A stretch of DNA of 17,533 nt from Nitrososphaeraceae archaeon (GCA_035250975.1 DATFEP010000046.1:1-17533), one strand, 5' to 3'. Counted from the first letter of the stretch, positions 1 through 8,205 are shown. The notes: generated from the sequence alone by a model not told the origin. Numbers and translations are program-made.

Positions 1-191
1 CTTTCTTTTCAAATAAAGATCATATTGAGGTATGTGATTAACTCTTAGCAGCTGTTTTTGTTAATTATAAAAAAGTATTCAATTAATGTTTTTCATAGAT
101 ACATTAACCTCAGCATTTTAATAGATTTTTTTATTTATAAAATGATAGATAAATAAGCCTTTAAAATTAGTGCACAATAAATTGAATTTAG

Positions 192-210
192 TTGAGGCTG
201 GGTTATAATT
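192..210 (+). repeat. Left terminal inverted repeat of IS
   Basis: TTGAGGCTGGGTTATAATT; its reverse complement matches 1347-1365 at 17/19. Confidence 0.85.
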
Positions 211-1363
211 ATTCCATTTTCATAACGAATAAAGCTAGTTTATTGGTGTATGATGTTTTGGTGTAACTATCATCCAAACCAACAAACTAACACAGCAGAA
301 AAGATCTACATCTATTCTAATTAGTATTTTGTATTTAATTGGTTTGATTCGTTGGCCTCATAACAGTAGAGGAGGAGGACGTGGTAGACCATATGTCTAT
401 TCGCCTACTGTTATTTTGAGATGTTTTGTAGTACGTATATGGTTTCGATTGGATTCCAACAGAGCATTGCATGAATACCTTGCAATGGAAGTACCATATA
501 ACAAAAAGGTAATGAGAGTATGTGGACTATCCAGAATACCTTGCAGACGAACATTTGATAGACGTATTGCTACGATATCTAATGATATCAAAAACAGAAT
601 TACTACAATGGGTAAACTTTTTGTGCATGATAAAATGATTGATCCATCTATTCTTTCAACAGATAGTACTCTCATAAAGGCTAAAGGTCATGTATGGCAC
701 AAATCATTTATGAAGAAAAAAGTAGTACCTCGTTCTGGTATCGACATAGATGCAATGTGGGGATTCAGCCATACAAAGGGTTGGATATTTGGATATAAAC
801 TACATCTGATATCTACCAGTACCGGTTCTATCATTGTACCTTTGGCAGCCGATTTTACAACTGCCAACATACCTGACAATCAAATGTACAGTATATTGGT
901 AGCAAGTCTACCTCTTGCAATAATCAGAAGAACATTATACATGTCTGCAGATCCTGGATATGATGATCATGAATTGTATGATCTCAGTACAGATATGGGA
1001 TTTAGATTGGTGTGTCCTGTACAGAGATATAAAAATACACCTGCTGACAGGATAAAACTGATAGAATTTTATGAATCGGATATTGGACATGCTATCTATT
1101 CTCTAAGAAGTATATCAATTGAACCGTTGATAGGGCATATCAAATCTGCGTTCAGGATAGATCCATTACCTATTAGAGGATATACTAGGGCTTGTGCAAT
1201 AGTCCTATTGTCAGTACTACTTTACCAGATAGTTGTATATTATAACTAAGACAACCAACAAAGATAATCCTATCGCAATCAAATACATGTTAGGAACATA
1301 AAGATTGACTACATGCTAGTGTAAACATTACAATATTTGTTAATCGAATTATGACCCAGTCTC
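194..1363 (+). mobile_element. Insertion sequence (~1.17 kb), IS4/IS5-superfamily DDE type
   Basis: Imperfect terminal inverted repeats TTGAGGCTGGGTTATAATT (192-210) and AATTATGACCCAGTCTCAA (1347-1365; 17/19 match to the reverse complement) enclose a single DDE transposase ORF. Ends placed at GAG...CTC, uncertain by ~2 bp. No clean target-site duplication seen. Confidence 0.85.
329..1249 (+). CDS. DDE transposase (DDE_Tnp_1-like), probably C-terminally frameshifted
   Basis: N-terminal GRGRP..Y motif; STDST (D1), GWIFGYKLHL, SADPGYD (D2), YSLRSISIEPLIGHIK (YREK-like, E). The frame is open upstream to 254, so the true start may precede 329. After the TAA at 1247-1249 another frame reads KTTNKDNPIAIKYMLGT* to 1301, the likely original tail. 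Confidence 0.88.
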   Translation: MYLIGLIRWPHNSRGGGRGRPYVYSPTVILRCFVVRIWFRLDSNRALHEYLAMEVPYNKKVMRVCGLSRIPCRRTFDRRIATISNDIKNRITTMGKLFVHDKMIDPSILSTDSTLIKAKGHVWHKSFMKKKVVPRSGIDIDAMWGFSHTKGWIFGYKLHLISTSTGSIIVPLAADFTTANIPDNQMYSILVASLPLAIIRRTLYMSADPGYDDHELYDLSTDMGFRLVCPVQRYKNTPADRIKLIEFYESDIGHAIYSLRSISIEPLIGHIKSAFRIDPLPIRGYTRACAIVLLSVLLYQIVVYYN

Positions 1364-1365
1364 AA
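1347..1365 (-). repeat. Right terminal inverted repeat of IS
   Basis: AATTATGACCCAGTCTCAA, 45 bp after the probable original transposase stop. Confidence 0.85.
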
Positions 1366-1393
1366 TTATCTGCACATTATACATATTGTCCAA

Positions 1394-1573
1394 TCACACA
1401 TAGAATTGAAATTTCTTTATCTGAAATGAAACATCCTCTTCATACAGTCACTTTCAAATACTCTTTATTATTCCATCTTCAATTATCAAAAGTCGATCAT
1501 TGTTCTCAAAAGGATCTGTAAGAATATCAACATCGATTTCAACCTTTAATCTCACGCGACTGCTCGATACCAT
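1394..1573 (-). pseudogene. Probable pseudogene of a small (~59 aa) hypothetical protein
   Basis: Manual translation MVSSSRVRLKVEIDVDILTDPFENNDRLLIIEDGIIKSI*K*LYEEDVSFQIKKFQFYV*. Two in-frame TGA (1454-1456, 1448-1450), each one base from TCA/GGA. Resembles, from memory only, small thaumarchaeal hypotheticals. Confidence 0.5.
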
Positions 1574-1977
1574 AAAAATTATAATGGCATCTCAAGAATT
1601 GATTGTATGTTATTAATTGAAAAATCATTATTGAATAATCCATACCTTTCAAGTTATTATATTTCTAGTATTGGCAAACCATTCTATTTATTTGTGTATC
1701 TCTATGAAACGATTTTTTATCGAAAAAAGAATGAAATACTACGACCAGACTAGAAAAAAAATGACAAACATAGGATATATTGGAATATTGATTGTTGATA
1801 TTAGATTTTGTCCTTAAAGTCACTTATTTTAGTAATCTATGCTCACTACTATCCAACTGAAAGTTTTATTGAAATATTGATTATGCATAATATATCGGAT
1901 CAATAGAGTCATTAAGATATCTATATGTTGTCTATAGTAGTATAAAAAATAAATACTAGTAGTTTAAATACAATACA

Positions 1978-2406
1978 TTGTCAAATATAAGAAATTTAAA
2001 TACACCTGTAGTTGAAATTGGTGCAAATGAAAAACCACGAGATATTGAACATATTCTTGATTTGAAAAACATACATGATCAACTAAAAATTAGTACTAAT
2101 ACGCAGAAAACAATTCTAAAAAAATTAGAAGGCGAAAATGATCATTATTCAAAACTAGAAAAAATTTTGCTGGATGTGAAAAATGCCGTTAAATCGACTA
2201 ACAATCCTAATCACAAAAGGGAATTACAATCACTGGGACAGATCAAATCTCAAATCTCCCAACTGCAATCAAATGTAAAGAAAATTGGTAGTGATATAGA
2301 TACAATAAATACATCAAAATATAATAATAAAAAGAAAGAGGAGAAGCAGAAGAATAAACAAATGAAGAAAGAGGAGAAGCAGAAGAATAAACAAATGAAG
2401 AAATAA
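1978..2406 (+). CDS. Hypothetical coiled-coil protein with Lys/Glu-rich repeated C-terminus
   Basis: 142-aa ORF with TTG start; heptad-like L/I..Q/K pattern; ends KKKEEKQKNKQMKKEEKQKNKQMKK. Confidence 0.65.
   Translation: MSNIRNLNTPVVEIGANEKPRDIEHILDLKNIHDQLKISTNTQKTILKKLEGENDHYSKLEKILLDVKNAVKSTNNPNHKRELQSLGQIKSQISQLQSNVKKIGSDIDTINTSKYNNKKKEEKQKNKQMKKEEKQKNKQMKK
2332..2403 (+). repeat. Perfect 33-bp in-frame tandem repeat (2.2 copies)
   Basis: AAGAAAGAGGAGAAGCAGAAGAATAAACAAATG at 2332-2364 and 2365-2397, plus AAGAAA. Confidence 0.95.
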
Positions 2407-2438
2407 TCCTATAATTGATAACACTATATTTGGCAAGA

Positions 2439-2474
2439 CATGGATCTCATATCAAAATCGGTATGAGGTCCGTG
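2439..2474 (+). other. 15-bp stem-loop (3 G.U pairs, 6-nt loop) between convergent genes
   Basis: CATGGATCTCATATC-AAAATC-GGTATGAGGTCCGTG; uninterrupted pairing only as + strand RNA. Confidence 0.6.
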
Positions 2475-2651
2475 GTAGAATGTTCTTGATAAATCCAGTT
2501 TCCATCAGCACATCGCGACATTTTATGACGGATTCACTATATGCAGACCAGTTTCTTTGAGATTCTGAGAATAATGTTGTTACAAGATAATAATGCTACA
2601 CACTAGGTCGGTTAATATAAAACGGGAGAAATTTTATTTTATTATTTTGAA

Positions 2652-3425
2652 TTATTTATTGAATGGAACTTTTAAAAATTGATCTATTTTTTGTTTTAAC
2701 TCGTTAAGTACTTCTTCTACTGTTCGATTTCCATTAATTTTAATAATTCCATATTTTCTTTGTATTCTACTAAATTCTTGCTTCATTTTCTTTTGATAGA
2801 GAATAAAAGATTCTAAAAGATCTTCAGAGAACCCCATATCTTCTCCAGATTCGTAATAATCAAGAAAATTATCTTTATCAAAAATTCCTTTCAAAAGTTC
2901 CTCTGTAGATTTTTGAAAGGCCCTTCGTATAAGTTCATTTGGATCTACATCTAAATAAAAAACAAGATCGGGTTTAATTGCAAAACCATATAAATTATAT
3001 GACCATATTCTATTAATTTTTCTTACAGCATCCCTAGCCATAAGTGTGTAGATATACCTATCTGCTAATACTATATATCCGGCTCTCAAAGCTGGGATTA
3101 TTTTGTTCTCTAGTTGATCTGCAAAATCTGCAGCATAAAATAAACTCATGGTCCTTTTTCTTAATAAATGTCTTTCTTTTGCCTCTAGTATTCCTTCACT
3201 TACCAGTTCAGATCTTCTGAGACCTGTATTAAGAACTGCGTGACCATTTGCTTCAAGATAATTATTTAATAATAAGATTTGTGTACTTCTTCCGGATGAA
3301 TCTGGTCCTTCTAATATGATCAATCTACCTTTTAATTCTATATTTTTTAAATAAGGAATTCCATGTCCATAATATTTAATAATATTAGATTTTTCCATTT
3401 TTTTTATCTTATTTGAATTATTCAT
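2652..3425 (-). CDS. Thymidylate-kinase-like P-loop protein, subunit B (variant Walker A)
   Basis: LIILEGPDSSGRSTQ, AGYIVLADRYIYT, KPDLVFYLDV, INGNRTVEEV; TMPK fold motifs; ATGA overlap with upstream paralog. Confidence 0.9.
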   Translation of the reverse strand: MNNSNKIKKMEKSNIIKYYGHGIPYLKNIELKGRLIILEGPDSSGRSTQILLLNNYLEANGHAVLNTGLRRSELVSEGILEAKERHLLRKRTMSLFYAADFADQLENKIIPALRAGYIVLADRYIYTLMARDAVRKINRIWSYNLYGFAIKPDLVFYLDVDPNELIRRAFQKSTEELLKGIFDKDNFLDYYESGEDMGFSEDLLESFILYQKKMKQEFSRIQRKYGIIKINGNRTVEEVLNELKQKIDQFLKVPFNK

Positions 3426-4144
3426 TTTACTATCTCTCCCGGAATAGTATTGTTAAATTTTTCTCTAACCATTTTTTGTTGTTGTTCTATATTTAGTGTT
3501 CCGTCTATAACAGTGAAATTTTCAGTCGTGGCCATTTTCTCATATTGTTCTATTATTCTACTTTGAAAAATACGATAACTTTCATAAATATCATTACTTA
3601 AATTTAGATCCATCCCCGCCTCGTAATATTTTAGCTTGGGTCTTCCAGATAATATTCGTCCTGCAGCTACATCCACCGGAACTCTGAAATAAAATGTGAT
3701 ATCAGGTTTTAAAGCAAAATCATATACTTTTCTGATCCATAGCGGATCACATCCTCTTACTATATCTCGTGCATATGCTGTATAGACATATCTATCTGCC
3801 AATACTATGTAACCAGCTCTTAATAATGGAAAAATATTCCTTTCGTACCGATCTGCAAAATCAGTTGCGTGGAGTAACGAAAATGTTGTAGGTGTAAGTT
3901 GTTCTTTTTTCTTACCTCTAGAGGTAACATTTTTTACAATTACAGATGAATTCCACTCTGATAAAAAAGCTGGTGTATTCTTAAATTTAAGCCATTTATC
4001 AAGAAGATGAATTTGTGTTGATTTTCCTGATCCATCAATTCCTTCAACTATAATTAATTTACCTTTTATATCGTACTTATTTTTTCTTTTGGTTGTGGTA
4101 TTAGCTGTTATTTTACTAGATCTTCTTATTTTTATCTGTGTCAT
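3422..4144 (-). CDS. Thymidylate-kinase-like P-loop protein, subunit A (intact Walker A)
   Basis: LIIVEGIDGSGKSTQ, AGYIVLADRYVYT, KPDITFYF, VIDGTLNIE; ATGA overlap with ppx stop. Confidence 0.9.
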   Translation of the reverse strand: MTQIKIRRSSKITANTTTKRKNKYDIKGKLIIVEGIDGSGKSTQIHLLDKWLKFKNTPAFLSEWNSSVIVKNVTSRGKKKEQLTPTTFSLLHATDFADRYERNIFPLLRAGYIVLADRYVYTAYARDIVRGCDPLWIRKVYDFALKPDITFYFRVPVDVAAGRILSGRPKLKYYEAGMDLNLSNDIYESYRIFQSRIIEQYEKMATTENFTVIDGTLNIEQQQKMVREKFNNTIPGEIVK

Positions 4145-5775
4145 TTACTATATGTACTCCTTTTTTTGCCTTGGACCAATAATGTATATTCTATCGAAAG
4201 ATCAAATGAAGACTTAAAATCTGAAATTATTTCTTTAAATAAAATTTCTGGAAAGGAAAAGATGTCTTTATTTTTATCACCTTGTATTACGATTTCCAGT
4301 AAAAGCTTGTTTGTTATTTTTGTAAATTCTTTGATTTGAATTATTAATTTGTTATTTTTCACAAAATTTAAAAATCGTAAGAAAGTTGATATTCTTTCGA
4401 TAATGTTTTTAATCTTTTTTTTATCATAATAATAATATAATAGATTTCTATAATTTTCAGATAGTTCAAGAGCTATTTTCGGCTTATTGATTGCCAGCAG
4501 GGATAATGCTAATAAAATATGTTGATGATGATCCAGATTCGCGATATCCTCGTTGATGAGAATATAAAATTGACCAATATTATCATTAATGAGAATCTTG
4601 GACATATATAATATCGATTGATTAATAATAGTGTATTCATTTTTTGTTATAATTCCATTTGATAAGAATTTCTTTGCTAAGCTCGAATTGCATCTGTCTT
4701 TATTGTAACAGTTATTTAGCAGATAATTGTCCAAATTAGTTCTATTATCCAAATGACAGGATTCAAGAAAATTTAGGAGCACTCCCTCTCGTAATCCTTT
4801 TGTACTAACAATAATACTCTTAAAACCGAATTTGGACATAAGGAAGTAGATTACATATAATCCTGTCTTGATTGTTTCTGCTCTATTTGCTCCTATTACA
4901 TCTATCTTAGATAGCTCTTCTTTATTCATGTTAGATAGATGATCTTTGATGGTTGATAAAGAACGAAAATCTAGTTTGTAGTTATGTAATCTTGTGATTG
5001 GGTATTCTTTGATCAATTGATCATATCTTGCAATCGTTCTGAGAGTTCCCCCAACACCTATTAATACAGTAGATTCACTATCTATTTCTAATTCTTTTGA
5101 ATCAGGTAATTGATTCTCAATATGTTCTCCTAAAATATTGCAAACAACCTTAAATTTTTTACTAGTGGCAGTTTTGTTATCTTCATTATTTGAAAAAAAT
5201 TTCTGGGTTAGCTTCAATGCTCCCAAGGGAAGAGATATTACTCTCCTAATTCTATAATCTTTAGAACTTACTAATTCTATAGTTCCTCCCCCCAGATCAA
5301 AAAATAAGCAATTTGAAACACATAGTGAGTTCAATGCACCTAGATATGAATATGCAGCTTCTTCATTAGCTGATAATAATTTGAATTTAAATCCTGTTTC
5401 TTCTTCTACTTTTTTCAGAAACAATTTCTTATTTTGCGCTTCACGTACTGCGCTAGTAGCAAATGGTATTGTAAATTCAATAGATTCAGAATTAATAACA
5501 TCACGAAAATATTTTAGAGATTCAATAGTTCTATCGATAGCCTCTGTTCGAAGGTATCCTGTTTTGTTTAGACCATCTCCAAGTTTCACCCTGATAGTTT
5601 TCTCATAGTATTTTGTATAAGATTTATTAGGAGATATGATATAATGAACTAATTTTAGAGAATTATATCCCAAATCTATTACCGATACTTTACGGTATGA
5701 AAGTTTTCCATAAGTCATTTTGTTTATGGTCTTACTTAGATGATACTCTTTAATACTCTCGGTGTAAGTAACCAT
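4141..5775 (-). CDS. ppx: Ppx/GppA family exopolyphosphatase (likely true start ATG at 5718)
   Basis: ASKHA motifs IDLGYNS, ATSAVREAQN, EEAAYSYLG, DLGGGTIEL, SLPLGA, GVGGTLRTIA, GLREG; divergent helical C-terminal region. Confidence 0.92.
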   Translation of the reverse strand: MVTYTESIKEYHLSKTINKMTYGKLSYRKVSVIDLGYNSLKLVHYIISPNKSYTKYYEKTIRVKLGDGLNKTGYLRTEAIDRTIESLKYFRDVINSESIEFTIPFATSAVREAQNKKLFLKKVEEETGFKFKLLSANEEAAYSYLGALNSLCVSNCLFFDLGGGTIELVSSKDYRIRRVISLPLGALKLTQKFFSNNEDNKTATSKKFKVVCNILGEHIENQLPDSKELEIDSESTVLIGVGGTLRTIARYDQLIKEYPITRLHNYKLDFRSLSTIKDHLSNMNKEELSKIDVIGANRAETIKTGLYVIYFLMSKFGFKSIIVSTKGLREGVLLNFLESCHLDNRTNLDNYLLNNCYNKDRCNSSLAKKFLSNGIITKNEYTIINQSILYMSKILINDNIGQFYILINEDIANLDHHQHILLALSLLAINKPKIALELSENYRNLLYYYYDKKKIKNIIERISTFLRFLNFVKNNKLIIQIKEFTKITNKLLLEIVIQGDKNKDIFSFPEILFKEIISDFKSSFDLSIEYTLLVQGKKRSTYSK

Positions 5776-6266
5776 CTTAATTCTCCCTGTAAAGTAGGTA
5801 CAGTGGAAGTTATTCTAATTTTCGATAAACCTGCCTTCTTTAGGATAATATTACTATTTGATTTTATGTCATTATTAGTCTTATTTTTATTACTACTAGT
5901 ATTTGATATGATGTCACTAATCATGGTACTGAGATATGGTTCATGTCCAACAATTAGAATAGAAGACATTTGATTAAATTCAGATATAATTTTGTAAACA
6001 TTTAATATATTTCCTTCTGGTTGTAGATCTTTGCATTTTAAGATTTTTACTTTTTTATTAAATAAATTATTTATTATATCCGCAGTTTCTAGACTTGAAG
6101 AGATAGTACTTGATAATATCAGATCGATTTTGATTTTTAATTTTTTAATTGATTTTCCTATTTTTTCAATTTCAGATCTTCCTGAAAATGTTAGAGAGTG
6201 ATTGGAATCTACAGACGAGTATAGTTTTTTAGATGTTTCTCCATGTCTAAGTATATAGAGTTCCAA
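5736..6266 (-). CDS. sixA: SixA-like histidine phosphatase superfamily protein
   Basis: LYILRHG, ILIVGHEP, LKKAG, LRWLLTP; first gene of the operon; some pocket arginines missing. Confidence 0.85.
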   Translation of the reverse strand: MELYILRHGETSKKLYSSVDSNHSLTFSGRSEIEKIGKSIKKLKIKIDLILSSTISSSLETADIINNLFNKKVKILKCKDLQPEGNILNVYKIISEFNQMSSILIVGHEPYLSTMISDIISNTSSNKNKTNNDIKSNSNIILKKAGLSKIRITSTVPTLQGELRWLLTPRVLKSII

Positions 6267-6629
6267 GATATTGATTCAATTGTTATATAGGAATAAGAAA
6301 TTTTAGTTTTACATATGTATTCAATATAGTATATCATAGTAAATATAGTAGACAATAGAAAATTATCTGGAAAGATATAAGCATATTCTTTAAAGTTTTA
6401 TCTTAAATATATGCAAATTGATATACATTAGATAAAATGATGCAGTCTAACATATTAAATAATGATGAAAATTTAGTAAAGGGAATAAAATGAAATCGTC
6501 AAATGTGTCGTTTAATAATCAAAAAAATAATGATAATGATAGAAGAAATAATTTTTGGAAGAAATTCTACGGAGCAAAGATGAATTTCAAAAGGTATATT
6601 TTTTATTTTATAATTCCATTAATTAAGAT

Positions 6630-7193
6630 ATGTCTTTTCTAAATACACTACATTCCGGAAAAAACCCCCCAGAAGATATTAATGTAGTCATAGAGATTCC
6701 AAAGGGCAGTAACATAAAATATGAATTAGATCCTACAAATGGTATTTTGTATCTAGATAGAATACTGTCAGTTGAAATGGTTTATCCTTTTAATTATGGA
6801 TTCATTCCGAATACTCTTGAAAAGTCAGATAAACTTACCACTTCCAAAGATAATTTAGATGTCTTTGTTATCGGGATCGAGTCCCTACAACCGAAAAGTG
6901 TTGTTAACTGTGTTCCTATTGGAGCAATCTTAACTGAAGATCAAGATGGACTAGACTCGAAAATAATTGCAAGACCATCGTCAAAAACAGATAAATTAAA
7001 TAATGAGTTTTTAAATGATTTAGAAGATATAAATTCACATATCCTGAAAAAATTAATACACTTTATTGAACATCATAAGGATCTAGAAGACAATAAATTT
7101 GTAAAAATTATAGAAATTGCACACAAAGAAAGAGCAAAAAGAATAGTTTTAGAGGGAATAAAGAATTATGAAAAGCATGTCAAATCGTTATGA
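6630..7193 (+). CDS. ppa: Family I soluble inorganic pyrophosphatase
   Basis: VVIEIPKGSNIKYELD, LDR, YPFNYGFIPNT, DNLDV, EDQDGLDSKII, HKDLE. Confidence 0.93.
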   Translation: MSFLNTLHSGKNPPEDINVVIEIPKGSNIKYELDPTNGILYLDRILSVEMVYPFNYGFIPNTLEKSDKLTTSKDNLDVFVIGIESLQPKSVVNCVPIGAILTEDQDGLDSKIIARPSSKTDKLNNEFLNDLEDINSHILKKLIHFIEHHKDLEDNKFVKIIEIAHKERAKRIVLEGIKNYEKHVKSL

Positions 7194-7299
7194 AATAATC
7201 AATATATCAGAATCTTTTCGTTAGTAAACATAGGCTCTTATGTATTAGATCTCTATCGCATATGAGCGAAAAATTTCTTTTTTTGGCAAAAAATTTTAT

Positions 7300-7968
7300 C
7301 TATGAGAAACTTTTATGATTCAACTTTATCCATTCTGGATATCCAACTGAATTCTTTCGTTCAAGTTTTATCGCGAAATCTTTCAAGATCTTTTGAACTG
7401 CCTTACGAAATTCTCTCTCATTATTCCTCTTTCCAATACTCTCAAATCCTATTGTCCACCATGCTGTAGCATTTTCGTTCATAATCTTGGTAATTTCACA
7501 TTGTAGCCCGTCATCTTTATCGATATTGATCCATTCAACTGATTTATATGAATTCTCTTGAAAAAGATATCTCCTTAGAAACCTCAATTTTTCTAACTTT
7601 AAAATAGGTCCATTATTTGGACTGGGAAAAGGGTCGATTCTACTGTCATTGGATAGCGGAAGGTCATCTAATATCCATCCCAACTTTGTCCAATCTTCCA
7701 TATTGCCATATATCTGTCTCCCTGTTACTGAAAAATCAGATTTTATATCTTTTCTCCATTTTATTTCAAGTCTGAATCTCGGTTTATTTGTTTTTTCATC
7801 ATTAAAAGGCCTTAACTTGATACCAATATCTTCGCTATTTAGGAGAAAGATATATCGGTCTTCTCGAGGATCCTCTCTGATAAACACATCATCAATCGTT
7901 TTAAACCAATCCAAAGCTAATTTGTAATTAGTCATATCATCTTCAAACCATCTGAGTTCCCAAGGCAT
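7300..7968 (-). CDS. Hypothetical protein, probable CYTH/triphosphate-tunnel-like fold
   Basis: Order of motifs WELRWF, REDRY, GIKLR, LEIKWR, KLRFLRRY, CEIT, TIGFES, GYPEW mirrors the CYTH strand pattern; polyP gene context. Confidence 0.6.
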   Translation of the reverse strand: MPWELRWFEDDMTNYKLALDWFKTIDDVFIREDPREDRYIFLLNSEDIGIKLRPFNDEKTNKPRFRLEIKWRKDIKSDFSVTGRQIYGNMEDWTKLGWILDDLPLSNDSRIDPFPSPNNGPILKLEKLRFLRRYLFQENSYKSVEWINIDKDDGLQCEITKIMNENATAWWTIGFESIGKRNNEREFRKAVQKILKDFAIKLERKNSVGYPEWIKLNHKSFS

Positions 7969-8205
7969 GATTAAAATATTATATAGATAAATAAAAATAA
8001 TGTGAACATATTATAACGATCATTAGCTTCATTAGAATATTATAATTCTTATTTTATTAGCAATAGTATATAGTAGTATTAATAGAAATGATGTTATGAT
8101 TCCAAGAACCCAAAAAAGAACTATTAATTATTTTTCGATCTATTATTCACAATTTTATCTATAATATAAGGTAACATAAAAGGTAACATCGTTCAAGAAT
8201 GTGTG

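Noticed and set aside
397-879. Minus-strand ORFs 397-675 and 688-879
   Set aside because: Antisense shadows of the transposase; no motifs.
2652-4144. Calling the pair canonical tmk, or PPK2
   Set aside because: dTMP-binding signatures are missing, so tmk is unsupported. The PPK2 motifs (EGxDAAGKG, FDRSWY) are not present either.
5381-5973. Plus-strand ORFs 5381-5608 and 5740-5973
   Set aside because: Antisense to ppx and sixA; no independent support.
8168-8189. Direct repeat AAGGTAACAT x2 (12-bp period) as a Pho-box-like site
   Set aside because: Only two copies, wrong period and sequence for known Pho boxes, and not seen at other promoters in the window.
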